From the NCBI GenBank assembly GCA_044892525.1, contig CM097886.1, positions 79,918,001 to 79,982,000 on the forward strand: DNA of 64,000 bases. The letters are read 5' to 3'. The position numbers were made by a program, and so were the translations under genes. The notes beneath the pieces were generated by a model. That model saw only the letters and a list, made by a program, of their open reading frames with translations. It made no database searches and was not told where the DNA came from. Each line of letters opens with the position of its first letter. Position 1 is the stretch's first letter. Source of the stretch: Schmidtea polychroa. Its lineage: Eukaryota. Positions 37,201 to 48,149 of this stretch are shown here, one piece after another.

Positions 37201-39489
37201 GGTGTTACACATAGCACTCAGATTGTACTCGATCTGGCTGCGCCTTATCTAAATAACGGTAGAACTGTTGTTACTGATAATTTCTACACGTCTAGGTCGT
37301 TAGCTAATGCATTGATAACACAGCAAACTCATCTTCTGAGAACTCTTAGGAAAAACCGAATTGGTAATCCTACTGAAGTCACTAATTCTAAACTCCGAAA
37401 GCATGAAGTTATAGGTCGAGAGAATTCAGGCATTGTAGTAGCTAAATAGAGGGACAAGCGAGAAGTTCTTATGTTGAGCACAAAGCACGACCTAACAGAA
37501 GTTCGAACTGATCAAAACAAATCGCAATAATGAAGATATCATAAAACTTCAAATGATAATTGATTATAATTTTGCCAAATCAGGTATCGATTTATCTGAC
37601 CAGATGGCTAGCTATTTTACGCCTTTACGCAGAACTATTCGCTGGTATCATAAGATAGCATTTGAGTACCTTCTGAGTACAGCCGTTGTAAACGCTCTTA
37701 TTTTATACAAAATAAGTAAACCAAATATAAAAATAGCTGAATTCAGAATTTCTATTTGTGAATCCCTTTGTGAAACATCAATTTCGTCAGTATCCGTTGT
37801 AGTACAACGTCCTCCAGCTAGACGGCATTTAATACAAACGTATACCGCCAGAAACAACCGAAATAGAATTATACGTAAAAGGTGTGTTGAATGCTACAAA
37901 CAATTGCAACAGCAGAAAGGACGAGAAGAAGCAACAAAAAAACCAAAAGAGTAACAACTTTTTGCAGTGGATGTGAGGATAATCCGCCATTATGTACAAA
38001 TTGCTTTAATAAATTACATTAATTTTTATTTTATATTATATTTTATTATATTTCATATTTTCTTTTGTTTTGTTAATTTTTATAATACAAATTAATGAAT
38101 TTTTATGTTTGAAATAAAATTTTTATGATTGTAATCTTTTCGTTTTTCTCCATTTTGTTCCAGCTATACTTCTAAATGTAGATGTAAACCATAACAAAAA
38201 AACCTTAATTTACTTTTATCAAGGTGCCACTGTATATAAATAAACAGTTTAAGCCCACTGACACAAGAAAAACTTGATTATTCAGTAGTATTATGTATGT
38301 ACCGCCGGCGCTACACGTGGAATATGTATAAAAATGTACTGTGTACTGCGGGCGGGGCATATGGCAGTCAACGTGTTAAGCTGATGAATTATCGTGAACA
38401 CGTGTAAAATTATGTTAATTGTGTTTAGGTGTGCTTGTAGATGATTGAGTGTTTAGAGGATTTTGTTGAACCCAGCAGAGTCACCTTTAAAAATGTTTCG
38501 GACAACTGGGGTGATTTTATGTGAAGTATTCCGAGTTTCAACGAAAGAAAAACTTCACGGTATGCTTGTCTACTTTTCATTATCGAAACGAAAATATCCT
38601 AAATTTAGTACAAGAAAGCAGTTATCGCGCATATACACCAGCCGCCCATTAGAAAATAGCACCAGTGTTTCGATCCCTCGAAATGAGTTTCCACGCAGCT
38701 GGGCGATAAGTTATCGCGAATTTATTGATTTTTAAGTGCAAAAAGTGCAATTTGTACAATAAAACTATCATTATTGATTTAAGAGTGCAGAAATTGTGCA
38801 AAAATCATTATTAAGTTTATAAAATGTTATGAAATTATTGTATGCTTAAATAATGAAAATTTACTTAAGACTCCTGCAAAGATTGTGAAAATTAGCATTA
38901 ATCAAACAAATTTCACAATTGAAAATTCATTTTTATAAAATGGAGAATTTTCTATTAAATTAAATTTTAGGAATTTACCTTGAAGGAGTTTTTAAAATTT
39001 CTTCAAAATCCAATAATTGTTTGATATTTGATTTAGGCACAAATTTAGGAGTAAATTTTAAATGTTTGGATTTTTCAGGAGCTTTGAATGACATCGAAAT
39101 ATTTGAGATACTCACATCGTTTTGCTTGACGGACAGGAGTAATTTTCTAAAGTTTTTGCTTTCAACTTTATCTAATACTTCATAATTGAGGGAACTATTA
39201 GGAACACCTTAACTTGTTTGTAAGTAAATATTTTCATCATTATGTTTTACCTTTTCTCAGATAATACACATGTATATTGTGAAGAAAGAAATTTTCAGGA
39301 ACTATATTATATCCCACAGAAATTCCTTGACCCACAACTAAACCCCCAAACAACTGTTTCTTATTAAAGCTACCAGCAACCAGGCCTCTAAAATTTAATG
39401 TATATTTTTAATTATTAAAATAAAACCAACTGGTAAACTGTATTGCTCAGCATTTTTAATTTAAATATAGATTCGATAATGTTTTTCAT
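12310..39489 (-). CDS. ACOT8: Acyl-CoA thioesterase 8 / TesB-like (double HotDog), 6 exons, 300 aa: complement(join(12310..12437,26249..26449,30235..30383,38979..39207,39251..39387,39431..39489))
   Basis: Spliced by hand with GT-AG sites and consistent phases; 903 nt = 300 aa + stop. Motifs LFGGLVVGQG, LHNIHVYYLRKG, AFLSDY, SSLDHNIWFH and GDLIATATQQGIVR match ACOT8 LFGGQIVGQA, VHSLHCYFVRAG, AYISDY, VSLDHSMWFH and GVLAVTCAQEGVIR. Confidence 0.9.
12862..14198. mobile_element. Non-autonomous TIR DNA element, superfamily unresolved
   Basis: TIRs GAGGCCGTCCATTAAAGTACGTCA versus rc GAGGCTGCCCATAAAGTACGTCA; TAT on both flanks (3-bp TSD candidate). Confidence 0.7.
13247..13830 (-). mobile_element. 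Possible solo LTR nested in the TIR element
   Basis: Abrupt composition change to a purine-rich minus strand; AATAAA near the 3' end; ends in TACA; the 5' TG is not clean. Confidence 0.35.
14452..16375 (-). mobile_element. Tc1/mariner DD39D (plant-mariner-type) transposon, degenerate
   Basis: 30-bp imperfect TIRs CTCCCTCTGTCCCATAATACT..., TA left flank and CA right flank. N-terminus RKLIYEDLLSEIDNGILKRGAY..VSIQTV. Catalytic QDNATPH...NSPDMNILDLGYF with 39 residues between D2 and D3 (one is a stop). Confidence 0.9.
16990..17686. repeat. 21-bp minisatellite (TTGAATAATAAATTTATAACC) with ~258-bp higher-order block; resumes briefly after the Polinton (~25754-25797)
   Basis: Read directly; a variant unit recurs at 17231 and 17489. 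Confidence 0.95.
18527..18598 (-). ncRNA. TIR copy of tRNA-like Pol III unit 3
   Basis: Reverse complement of 24839-24910. Confidence 0.55.
18576..18845 (-). CDS. 89-aa coiled-coil ORF in the TIR (copy 1), unknown function
   Basis: ATG-initiated and identical to 24592-24861. Confidence 0.65.
   Translation of the reverse strand: MDELKERMRNELNEVKHKRMKRREEEPLEYIKELMVDNEKYRHFYMKAVDVADIRLKKMKQLQERVKELESIIYSLKNDKNPILDSAVG
18961..20809 (+). pseudogene. Protein-primed family B DNA polymerase (pPolB), 5'-truncated at the TIR boundary
   Basis: LKFIDSLNF, GIYPYDY, NIRGGVS, YIDATALYS, KILNNSVFGKT, MDTDS, KGI motifs. The N-terminal region is absent; the frame begins inside TIR sequence. Confidence 0.92.
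20800..21317 (+). pseudogene. Polinton packaging ATPase (FtsK/A32-like), lacking Walker A
   Basis: Walker B LVIFDD and RGRHNNCNVIYISQ present; no GxxGxGK(S/T). It abuts the end of pPolB, suggesting a deletion junction. Confidence 0.85.
21329..22727 (-). pseudogene. ZnF + parvovirus-type PLA2 + RVE integrase fusion; frameshift at ~21800
   Basis: CETC..H..KKH; HNYTRPGT..DQAALKHDIAY; WSADL, VIDLYTRFA, CDKGTEF, (frameshift) VERLNRTLK; C-terminal KFKIGDRVRI..FYNNELQK. Confidence 0.9.
22757..24049 (-). CDS. Polinton/adintovirus major capsid protein (double jelly-roll), intact 430 aa
   Basis: Size, context and motifs NNFFPNLFS..L.LG..IE...PG, LFGFLQNY, RPRYILIGF are typical of Maverick capsids. 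Confidence 0.8.
   Translation of the reverse strand: MNNINLKIQEKNKLNLDYNKEFTHEIKKNDVLKISPTSGSIANLNRMGDIVFQSLQTSNPIDICNAKLYYKIELEIEANKDITLENNFFPNLFSNMRLKLGSSEIETVLHPGVYSTMLNFILTGCDYKNEYGELTGWIPDVNKGDLDKDGLDVNHGYHKRAELYKSKKFEGYFELKHLFGFLQNYNRILHNVFIEFICNRVEGDKRLFYGAVDTKAKLKLSTLELHIPEWTLNPHSEIKLLERLNSNKSINVNYLNRICSEFSMTEGSTYSIKVANLAYRPRYILIGFKEVDSSFQKNNNLFIQKIGVDNLKTIQIQLNSSYYPINRMEFNIENNENIFPYLNYIETCYDFKVEPQLSLKDFKNLYSIFCINVSDQDDRLAINNVDVTLHVTKDSNFKAKVYTLILEEKKIEMKLYGGKISIIENFRGDS
24106..24178 (+). ncRNA. tRNA-like Pol III unit 1
   Basis: A box TAGCGGAGTGG at +8 (24113); GGTTCAATT with T at +54 (24159); T7 terminator 24181-24187; cloverleaf stems poor. Confidence 0.5.
24349..24421 (+). ncRNA. 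tRNA-like Pol III unit 2
   Basis: A box TAGCTTAGTGG at +8 (24356); perfect T-arm ATGGG-TTCAAAT-CCCAT with T at +54; T8 terminator from 24422; anticodon and acceptor stems do not pair well. Confidence 0.65.
24592..24861 (+). CDS. 89-aa coiled-coil ORF in the TIR (copy 2), unknown function
   Basis: Identical to 18576-18845. Confidence 0.65.
   Translation: MDELKERMRNELNEVKHKRMKRREEEPLEYIKELMVDNEKYRHFYMKAVDVADIRLKKMKQLQERVKELESIIYSLKNDKNPILDSAVG
24839..24910 (+). ncRNA. tRNA-like Pol III unit 3 (in TIR, overlapping the end of the 89-aa ORF)
   Basis: A box TAGCGCAGTGG (24846); B box GGTTCAAATCC (24889) plus a second GGTTCAAAT (24873); T9 terminator from 24913. Confidence 0.55.
26249..26449 (-). 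CDS. ACOT8: ACOT8-like exon 5
   Basis: AG/GT sites, phase 1/1; LIAFLSDY..SSLDHNIWFH. Confidence 0.88.
26652..26862. mobile_element. hAT-Charlie-type MITE (211 bp)
   Basis: Imperfect TIR CAGGCCTATACAAC / rc CAGACCTGCACAAC; flanks ATTTAGAT and GTCTAGAT (6/8 match, NTCTAGAN-like). Confidence 0.7.
27073..27198. repeat. Foldback inverted repeat (126 bp)
   Basis: Perfect 17-bp outer (AAGAGGAATTCCATTTT) and 15-bp inner (TTGTACATTCATTTA) complementary arms. Confidence 0.85.
28260..28800 (-). pseudogene. Merlin (ISXO2/IS1595-like) transposase remnant
   Basis: Decayed frames MQQRGILHNPRMC, a G.G.QVEI(N)E.LF-like block and SMIDSYTPEFMWKR (cf. YL.EFMWRR). Confidence 0.55.
29300..29800 (-). pseudogene. 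pogo/Tigger transposase remnant (CENP-B HTH)
   Basis: EMEKVLLLWIDDQTSHNVPISQSLIQSKSLTLF. Confidence 0.7.
30235..30383 (-). CDS. ACOT8: ACOT8-like exon 4
   Basis: AG/GT sites, phase 2/1; FPFMLTPVDP..MSYWFTLKPDI. Confidence 0.85.
30672..30831. mobile_element. 160-bp MITE with 26-bp perfect TIR
   Basis: TATAAGGTTTGAAAAATTCGAAGGTT and its reverse complement. Confidence 0.75.
31024..31147. repeat. Foldback element, 49-bp imperfect arms
   Basis: AAGCTTAAAGATTATG...TTTTTGATATTCA paired with TGAATATCAAAAAC...CTTCAAGCTT. Confidence 0.8.
31149..31212. repeat. (TA)n(TG)n microsatellite
   Basis: Read directly. Confidence 0.95.
31534..31820. repeat. Tandem duplication, ~148-bp period, 2 copies
   Basis: AATCGATG..GTGATATGAAAAG..CACCGAGAAAGAG at 31534 and 31682. 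Confidence 0.85.
32169..35591 (+). mobile_element. hAT (Tip100/ZMYM1-like) full-length transposon
   Basis: Perfect 8-bp TSD CCTATGTG (32161-32168, 35592-35599); imperfect 13-bp TIR CAG.C.CG.ATTA; subterminal CGTAGGCCCTAGGCAC repeats. Confidence 0.95.
32810..35378 (+). pseudogene. hAT transposase with one stop (34016-34018) and one frameshift (A-run ~34723-34730)
   Basis: WLIYS..CYIC, LPFRG, DSTPD, SYDNA, CAAHSLNL, ETRW, ERSFSKLKRIK, RLSALTLLSIE. Confidence 0.92.
35975..38375 (+). mobile_element. piggyBac transposon, full length (2401 bp)
   Basis: TTAA TSD both sides (35971-35974, 38376-38379); 14-bp perfect TIR CACGTTGACTGCCA. Confidence 0.97.
36307..38022 (+). pseudogene. piggyBac (PGBD4-like) transposase, disrupted
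   Basis: VDESM, TDNFYT and GIDLSDQ catalytic motifs; Cys-rich tail (CVEC..CSGC..LC..CF..LH); TAG at 37447-37449 and frameshifts. Confidence 0.92.
38979..39207 (-). CDS. ACOT8: ACOT8-like exon 3
   Basis: AG/GT sites, phase 1/2; LNYEV..NFRKLLLSVKQND..SFKAPE. Confidence 0.88.
39251..39387 (-). CDS. ACOT8: ACOT8-like exon 2
   Basis: 43-bp introns on both sides; QLFGGLVVGQG..HNIHVYYLRK. Confidence 0.9.
39431..39489 (-). CDS. ACOT8: ACOT8-like exon 1
   Basis: ATG at 39489; MKNIIESIFKLKMLSNTVYQ resembles the TesB/ACOT8 start; phase-2 donor. Confidence 0.8.
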
Positions 39490-42449
39490 AATAATGATTT
39501 ACCTTGAATGAAAAGTTTAATATTATTACTAAGTATTCTGAATGTATTGTAAACAATTTTACTGAATTTTAATATTATAAATAATAAATTTAGATTTTTA
39601 ATTTGTATTTCAAAAATTATATATATTGAAACAAATCTTGAAACAAAACTGCATATAAATAATTACTGTTTATTATATATAATGTTTATATATACTGTTT
39701 ATTATTTATTATAAATTATATTATATATTAGAAACATCTCTATTACATAAAAGTATTAAAATAATTTTTAAATGGCAAAGTAATTGATGTAATCACTCGA
39801 CTTTATGGGTGGTCTTTTGCTGTAATCGTGCAAAGACTTCCGTTATATTTGAAAGAGATAGCAAATGCAAGTAAATTATAGAACAGTTGAAAAACAATTG
39901 ATTAAATTAAAAAATGACAATGGAAATCTAACTGATAAGCCCAGAAATTCGAAGAATGACGCAAAAACATTGTTAAGGAAAGAAGAAGCAAAATGAATAT
40001 ATTATTAATTTCAAGTATAGCTTGATTGTATTGGCAATAAAGGTATTCGTAATAAACTTAGTTGATGATATCGATAGCTCCTAATTAATGACCAAGAGTT
40101 TTAAAAATTTTAACTATAATGTTCTGATAGAATTGTCTCAGTATAAAAAATAAATTTGTTTATTTTATTAATAAATGTTGAATGAAAAAAACAAAAGTTA
40201 TATTTGATGATTTTAATCAGTTCATTTTAAAAGAATATAATATCAAAACATTCAATGTGAATTTAGTTCAACAGGATCTTTTAAAAGTTTGTCATAGAAA
40301 ATGCAATTCATTTGAATTTACTGATTTGAAATAATAATTTGTTACTAATCAATATAATCTCTTCGTAAATTTGCAAACTCCCTATTTAAATGCAATGTAC
40401 CCATTAAAGTGTCCTATATAAAGATGTTACGTATAAAATTTCGAATATTTTATATTGTATTGTGAATTTTAGGGATCAAGTTTTTTTAAATACAATTCAA
40501 ATTAAATTTTTCTGAGAAGTTCTTACAGAAAAGTGGTGCTTAGGTCATATCTTAATATCGATGCCCTTGGATGTGTATATTTCCGTCCTGGATTTGGCCG
40601 TTGAATAGTTTTCACATTGGTTAGAGAAAGGATCAACTATCCCTCCTATGGAAACAGCCTTTTCTAAATATCCCAATCATAAAGTGAGGTCAGTCACAAA
40701 AGAGGCAAATAAGTGGATTAAAAACACGTGATTTTGAATTGTTTACTTTATTTAAAAATGAAAAAATTAAATATAATTTAAATATAACCAAAAACGAGCA
40801 AATCTCTCTGTGATATATGTGATGAAAGATTCAATTGAAAATATCATGATCCACAAGTTGTTTAAAGATAGAAACTAGACCTTAATGTTTTACTGATCAT
40901 TCTTTGTTCCTCACCTATCGAAACCGAAACAAATTTATTAATTGATGTTTAACTTTTCTTTTGGTTAGAAATTTTATAATTGCAGCACAAATATCGTGTT
41001 TTGTAAAAGGTTTAATTTTTTTTGTTATTATTGAGGTCTCACTATTTTTAGATTCCTAACAATACTGGTTCTTATGTAAATTAATTTGGACGATGTCTTG
41101 ATATAAATATTTTATTAAATATTCAAAATTACCGATTAAAATTCTAGTTGTACAAGATTTATCTTCGAACTATTCGCTTTGATAATAACCTACAAAAATT
41201 CTTGCTACTTATGTTTTGTTAAATGTTATGTAGTGCGTGCTGTGTAAAAATTACTGCAATTGAAAGGTTTGTGAAACGTTTTTGTCTCTATCTGGTTTTA
41301 GTTATTTCGCAGGATTTACCTTTGAAAAAGTTCTTCAACGCTGATTTTTAGGCAACAAACTGAATTTTTGCTTGGTTTTTATATTAAGATTTTTTAATAT
41401 AAAATTTAATAATTTTATTTTTGGTCTTTTAAAATATATTTTATTGCGTGCTGTATTAAAATGATTGCAATAATAATTCTATTTCTTGTTATAATATTTC
41501 TACTAATTAATCAATTTATTCGTAATGTTTTATTTACTTAGTACTGTTTTGTTAAAATATTAAATATATAAAAATATAATTATACAATAAAATTATACAA
41601 GAAATTACTATATAAAATATATCCCAAAACCATTTATTAAAGAAAAAAGCTACTCATTAAAAAAAATCGTCATTTGTCAGTTAAATATATACAAGGTTCT
41701 GTAAAAAATTGTACACAAAGCGAAAATAATCAGAATAAGCTATACACCATTAATTAAGATTAACACAAGGAATAGTCAATTGTCGATTAATTATATACAA
41801 GATTGATAGCTTGATGACTTTTTGACTGCTTAATTTGGTTCTTTGATCTTTGATTTAGTTCTTCATTGTCTCACCTCAGCAAATACATTTGCCCTGTAGC
41901 TTCTAGGCACTGTCCTATAATACTTATTTAAAACTAACGTGGTAATGGGCCTACCCTCATCATTCAACATCATTGAACAACTTATACTTTGTTAACTTAA
42001 TTCAGAAAGTGGCATTCAACCAGAGTTGAATGATTTGCAACAAAATGAAAATGTTAAAGTAAACTTTATGAAGTAGAAAAGGAAGAGAGGCAGTTGAAAA
42101 AGATTTAGCAAAATGACAACATCCAATCAGATGTTGCTATGGAAAAACACATAGAAGCTGACTATATCTCCGAGTCAATCCTATACATTGATGATGCACA
42201 TGAGATTAAAATATGATTGATGAAGTCGCATAATGTATTATAGACACAGATAATGATGCTGAAAGTTTCTCAAACCAATTCATCTGTAATTATTTTTCAC
42301 GATGTTGAACTAAAAATTTGATAAAGTGTCAAGGTTATCAATAATATCATAGCAGATGTGCACAAAGATGATAACTCATGTACCACACATATTTCAGAAC
42401 AAAGACATCAAGACTTTCATTAACCCATCAATGGTGTAAGCGTCAATCT

Positions 42450-43060
42450 GCTTCCTGGAATGTGATTAATCGGCCATGGTTATTTTATTCACTACATCAA
42501 TAATACATCAATTCATTTACTGCTTGAGTGTCGACTTTTGCTGCCTTCTATTCACGAATCATTTACAACACGGAAAGGGCAGAATGAAGGATATTTCGTG
42601 GAAAAGGTATTGATGCTAGAGTACAGGTTCAAATACAATCTGAAAAACAAAGATAGAAAGATGTTTTGAAACTAGTACCTACTTGAATTGAGTTCTTAGT
42701 ATCTCAAAATTTGGCGCTGCGTGGTCACTGTTATAATCTAAAAGATAATTACAAATTAAATATTGTGAACTGTCTCTCTTCTCGATCCTATTTTGTTAAA
42801 CCCCGTACAACATGTCAAATTCAAAATCAGTTTTATATATTTCTTTCTTCTACATTCAGTAAAAAAAATTTTTTTGCCGGGAATGTTTCTTAGGCTATAC
42901 TTTTAATATATCAATGAAATTGTAATAGCTTTATAATTATATTATGACTGATAATGATTATGTTTCGCTTGCAAACAGATTATGTAATTGCACGACGGTG
43001 CCGCCGTTGACGCAAATTTGAATATTTTGCCCTGAGCACCAAATATCTTCGCTACGCTTT
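42450..43060 (+). mobile_element. Degenerate hAT remnant
   Basis: FLVSQNLALRGH (cf. FLA.QNLAFRGH); end motif CGCTACGCTTTTG resembles a CAGTGGCGTAGC-type TIR. Confidence 0.5.
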
Positions 43061-43426
43061 TGGTTATAAGGGTAGATCAAGAAATATATTTTCGTGATTT
43101 TAGTTAATATGATTGGTTAACCAATCCTAAAAGCAATGAAGATGCAAATAAACTAAAAATATTTTTTCAGTGAAACAATAATAATAGTAATAAGCAAAGA
43201 ATTTTAATTCAACAAATTAAAATTATTTTTCTGAAAAAGTTGTTAGAAGTTGATAAATAGTTGATAAATACCCATAGTTCAATTAAACAACTGTAATGTA
43301 ATTGAATTCGATATTATGCTGAATCAAATTAGAATTAATAAATATTGTTTATTATTTGCAGTTTTTCATAGACGTCAGGGGATATTAGTTCACAAATATA
43401 AATACTGGCTTAATTTAATGAAACCC

Positions 43427-43501
<75 letters not shown>
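43427..43501. repeat. (AAT)25 microsatellite
   Basis: Read directly. Confidence 0.98.
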
Positions 43502-44427
43502 CATATAAATACTAACTAATTTATTCTATCTAATCAACCACTTTAAATTTTTTTGCAAAAGAAAAGCTTGAAATTAGTAACCTAGGTTTAGTAAGCTAAA
43601 TTTTAAACATGATTGAGCTCAGGAAACTGCAAGTCTTTTGACGTAAAGAATACATAACATAAAAATTATACGAAATATTTATATAAATTTTGGCAACGGT
43701 AGATATTTATTTCTGTGCAAAGCTTAGTTAATAAATATATTTTTATTTATTTATTTATTTATGAGAATTCGCTAAGCTCAACAAATCTGATGTATTTAAT
43801 TATATGTCTTTCGTGTACTAATTATTTATAAATCTAACCAGTAGTATAATTGTATCTTTTAATTATTTTTTTTAAATAACAGACTTCTCAAAAAAAACTG
43901 AGTACCCCTAGCTATGTGGATACTTGCAAATCCTACTTACTTACTGTTGCATAATATGTTTTCATTATGTGTGTGTATATATCCTCACAATGTTATGTTT
44001 CTTTTAGTTAATGCGTTATTGTTGATTTTTTTTCAATGTATTTAAACAAATTGAGAAGCTCTGAGTTTTGCCATCACGACATTGTCGCCGAAGCCGATAT
44101 AAAAAATGTTATGTCAAACTGTGAATAAATTAATCATAAACACACTGAACTAGATAAAACAGAAAACTGAATAGTAAAACTATTTTTAAAATAAAAATTG
44201 TAACAACCATAGTTTAAACTTGGCTGGATTTCATTCAGTTAAATATGAAATTAGTAACTTAATTAAAATTGAATTTATATGGTTTAATTTATTTTTGTTT
44301 AACTGAATCATTAACGAATACTTGTTTGAAGAAAAAATAAGTTTGTAGTTATTAACTACTTATTAGCTAATCTTTTTTAAATCTTCAACTATTGATATTT
44401 TCCTTTATTAATAGTTTATATGATAAA

Positions 44428-45216
44428 ATGCAGCTTCAGAATCATATTTATGGAGATATACCATTTATAAAATTCGAATTTATATTCGAAATGAGAGGAG
44501 AATTAGCGAAATTTTTTATCAATAATTCTATGATTAAATCTATAGAAAATAAATCCAATTGCAAAATAAATTTAACTAAAAGAATACTGAATCGTCAAAT
44601 AGAAAATTTCCCATGGACTAAATATCATATTTTGGAAATTATATCGAATAATGAGAGAAATATCAAAATCTGCAATCATTTACTGGAGCGAGCAATTCCT
44701 CTATATAAGAAAAGAAAACTTTATAAAAAGCGTAGCAATGTCAGCATTTTTACCAATGAATTTCATCCTGATAATACCGATCTCTATTATCCAACTCAAA
44801 GAACTGGTGTACTTTCTGGACAATATTGCGAGTTAGAGTTGAATAATATTTTATCATGCGAAAATAGATCCAGCGAATGTTGGGATTTTCCGTGGAAGTC
44901 TACAAATTCAGAACAAAGTGGCTGTTATATACCTCAGCATTATGATAATTTTGATTCCATTCGTGCTGTTTATCCTGATTTGATCAATTTTGAAGATCAT
45001 TTTAATCCCGAGATCGAAAATAGTGCCTGTCCGAAGCAATCTTACTGTGAAGTGAAAACTCACTGCCTTTGTGATATTGACCCTTTAACGGGGCTTCAAC
45101 ACAACAATAAAACGAAACGCATGAAAGTTAAATATAAACCAATTAAATCCAGACGCGGTGAAACTGATCAAAAAAATGATTTGATAAAAAATATTATTAA
45201 ACATCTTATTAAATAA
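44428..45216 (+). CDS. Intronless 262-aa ORF with a degenerate KH-like domain and Cys-rich C-terminal half
   Basis: Long open frame in AT-rich DNA; AATAAA overlaps the stop. FEFIFEMRGELAKFFI..IKSIENKSNCKINL..LEIISNNERNIKIC fits type-I KH periodicity, but the GxxG loop is absent. Confidence 0.6.
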   Translation: MQLQNHIYGDIPFIKFEFIFEMRGELAKFFINNSMIKSIENKSNCKINLTKRILNRQIENFPWTKYHILEIISNNERNIKICNHLLERAIPLYKKRKLYKKRSNVSIFTNEFHPDNTDLYYPTQRTGVLSGQYCELELNNILSCENRSSECWDFPWKSTNSEQSGCYIPQHYDNFDSIRAVYPDLINFEDHFNPEIENSACPKQSYCEVKTHCLCDIDPLTGLQHNNKTKRMKVKYKPIKSRRGETDQKNDLIKNIIKHLIK

Positions 45217-48149
45217 AGTGTTTTTTTTAAATAATAAATATTACATTGAAACCGTGTTGAAAATTTTCTTCGTTCAAGTTACAATTAATTTTGGGGTTTG
45301 GATTTTATTTTAAATAATTAATAATTTTTATTAATTTTTATGTAATACAATATTATTGGTTAACACTAGATTTACGGACTGAGCCAATTTGACTAATTTA
45401 AAATTCTTTTGCTACATATATATAATACTGATTTACTATATTTTGAATGCATATGTTGGATTTTGGATACCTCATGAAATATAGGTCAATATTAATTACT
45501 CTCCTCTATCGACTCCCTCATTTTTTTTATATCGAATTAGGTATACCTATTTTTACGGCTATTTTTACCTGTAAACCTAGTGTTAAGAAGTCAAATTATT
45601 TATGCAAATATATCGCGTTGCATGTGATAAAAACTTTATTGAGGTGTAATGCCAAGAAAATATACAAAGAAAAATGAGAAATCATTCCATATAAATTATT
45701 GTCAGATTTTATAAGAATTAATGGATATTTCACATTTTAAATAACCCTAATTTCTCGCGTATAACCTGCACCTAATAAATTTCAATAATTTCCATAAAAG
45801 GTAAAATTTTTCACTTATAAACCACACTTAGGTACTTCCGTGTTATCTTACCCCCAAAAATTAAATTATAAAATACAATTAAAATGTTGGGCTAGAACTG
45901 ATTTCTAGACCCAAAATACTAATTGTGACTGAAACGCGTAGGTACACAGCAAGTAAAAAAGCACCAAGTATAGTTAAATATTAAAACCTACACCAAATAA
46001 ACAATATTAACTAAAGGAGAAAGCAACAAAAACATAAACAAAGAAATTAAACAAAATTATACAAAAGCAAGAAGTGATGCAAAAATCTAACTCAAAAATA
46101 ACCAAATAAACACAGAGTTACAAAAAACAGACTCGAATAACTTAAAAGACGATAAAAACAGTAAAACATTCCAGAAAAACCCAGAACATTCTATAAAAAT
46201 GGCGATGACCATCACAAAAGTTATCTAGAACAACAAAAGTTAAGGAAAATAAATAAATTAGTATTAAAAATAAAAAATCTCAAAAAGAATTCATAAAAAC
46301 ATCAGTTAAAATAAAAATTAAATTAAAAGTAAAATAGAATGTTCTGGAACCGTTCCAAATCCATCATGGACGTAAAATTAATGAAAAATAATTAAAAAAT
46401 AAAAATATAAAAATAAAAACAAAAATTATTGCACAAAAATTGCCATTAAAAATAGCAAAATCGTAAAATAGAAAATTCTGGAATAAATAGAATTCGAGTT
46501 TGTTTTAATGCATCAATACATACACGTGTACAAAATAGGTATATATACTGACGCGTTTCAGTCAGAATTAACCATTATTTTATGCCAAAATTTTTGTGTC
46601 AACAAAATATCAACAGTGAGTACGATTGATTCATTTTATCTATTATTATTTTATTTTATTATTATGTATTGTTGTCTCAACTATGTTAAGCTATTAAAAT
46701 GTTTTATATTTTGAATTTGTTTAATTAAAGTTTTTTTTTGATGTACGAATGTTCAACGGCGTACCGGTATTCCTGCGTCGTTGTTCAGTCCTGCATTTAA
46801 TTTTTGAATTCGATTTCACATGCACACATACATTATTTATATTATACTAATCACTTATTATATGGCTCTTTTTGTGTTCGGGTCCTTCGGAGGTCGAACT
46901 ACTTCATGGTCCTGCCATGGAGTTAGGTCGAGGAAAACCTCCGCCTGACTCTTTGTATTTATGTAAGGTCGACCGTAAATGGTTGACTCAACACATAACA
47001 CTAAGGTTTGTGGAAGTGGTCACAGTGGGGCCATGGAAGCAATATTCTTCCCGACTCATTACGTAATATACAATTAAACTCAACACTTAAAATTCTGAAC
47101 AAATAACTCCACACTAAGGTCTTAATCTGAGTAGAACTCATACTTAAATTAACACAATTATACAAATCACAGCAATGTAGATGGTTGATCAGTTATGCTT
47201 AGACATATGCCGAATTGGGTTTTCGTAACAGTCGTTTATAGTAATCAGAGTAATGGAAAGGTTAAAGATATTCGGCATACGTGTAAGTATAACATAATCT
47301 GGTTAAGTCTTCGAATCAATATAACTGTAAATATTCCGGACCCCAAAAATTAAGTTGCGAAATCCCATCTTAACATACTTATAAGTACTCGGTTGTAATA
47401 ATCTTTTATGTTGATTATAAAACTACAGGTGATAAATGACTATGTCGTTGTAGGTACGAATTATAGCCAGAGAATATAAATTAGGAATTCAGAAATTGAG
47501 GTATAAATCGGGAATGGTAATGACCAATCTCCTAATGTAAAAAGTCAATCAACTTGAAACTAGTTATACATAGATATACTGCAACTCTGAAGTGATAAAA
47601 CGATACCCAGAAATCGGTAAGACAATGTTGATAATAGAAAGGGAAGTTAGAAAGAAGTATACCAAGCTGACCAAAAATTAGAACTCAAAAATATGAAATT
47701 ATAAATTAGGAATACCGAATTACAAATTGTAAATCATAAAACCTAAAATTTTAAATCAGAAAATATAAAATCATAAATGGTAGAATATCGGATTATAACT
47801 TATAAGATATAACATTATAATTTACGAAATATAAATGGATAAATTATAAAATATGAAATTTTTAATTGTAAACGATAAAATTATAAATTATAAAATATCA
47901 ATTCCTAAATTACAAAATATAAAAATTATGAATTGCAAAATAAAAATTTATAAACTATAAAACTTAAATTTGCAAGTTATAAAATATAAATTTATAAATT
48001 ATAATTACCTATAAACTATAACCACCTATATATTACTTAACAAAATGGTATAAATATAGAGTATGAAAAAACTAGAATTAATACTTAACTTAGAAATTTC
48101 GAAATATATATAGTTACAATAAGCTTGCCTCTAAGTACAAAAATCCCTT

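Noticed and set aside
43316-43519. Poly-Asn ORF
   Set aside because: Translation of the (AAT)25 microsatellite.
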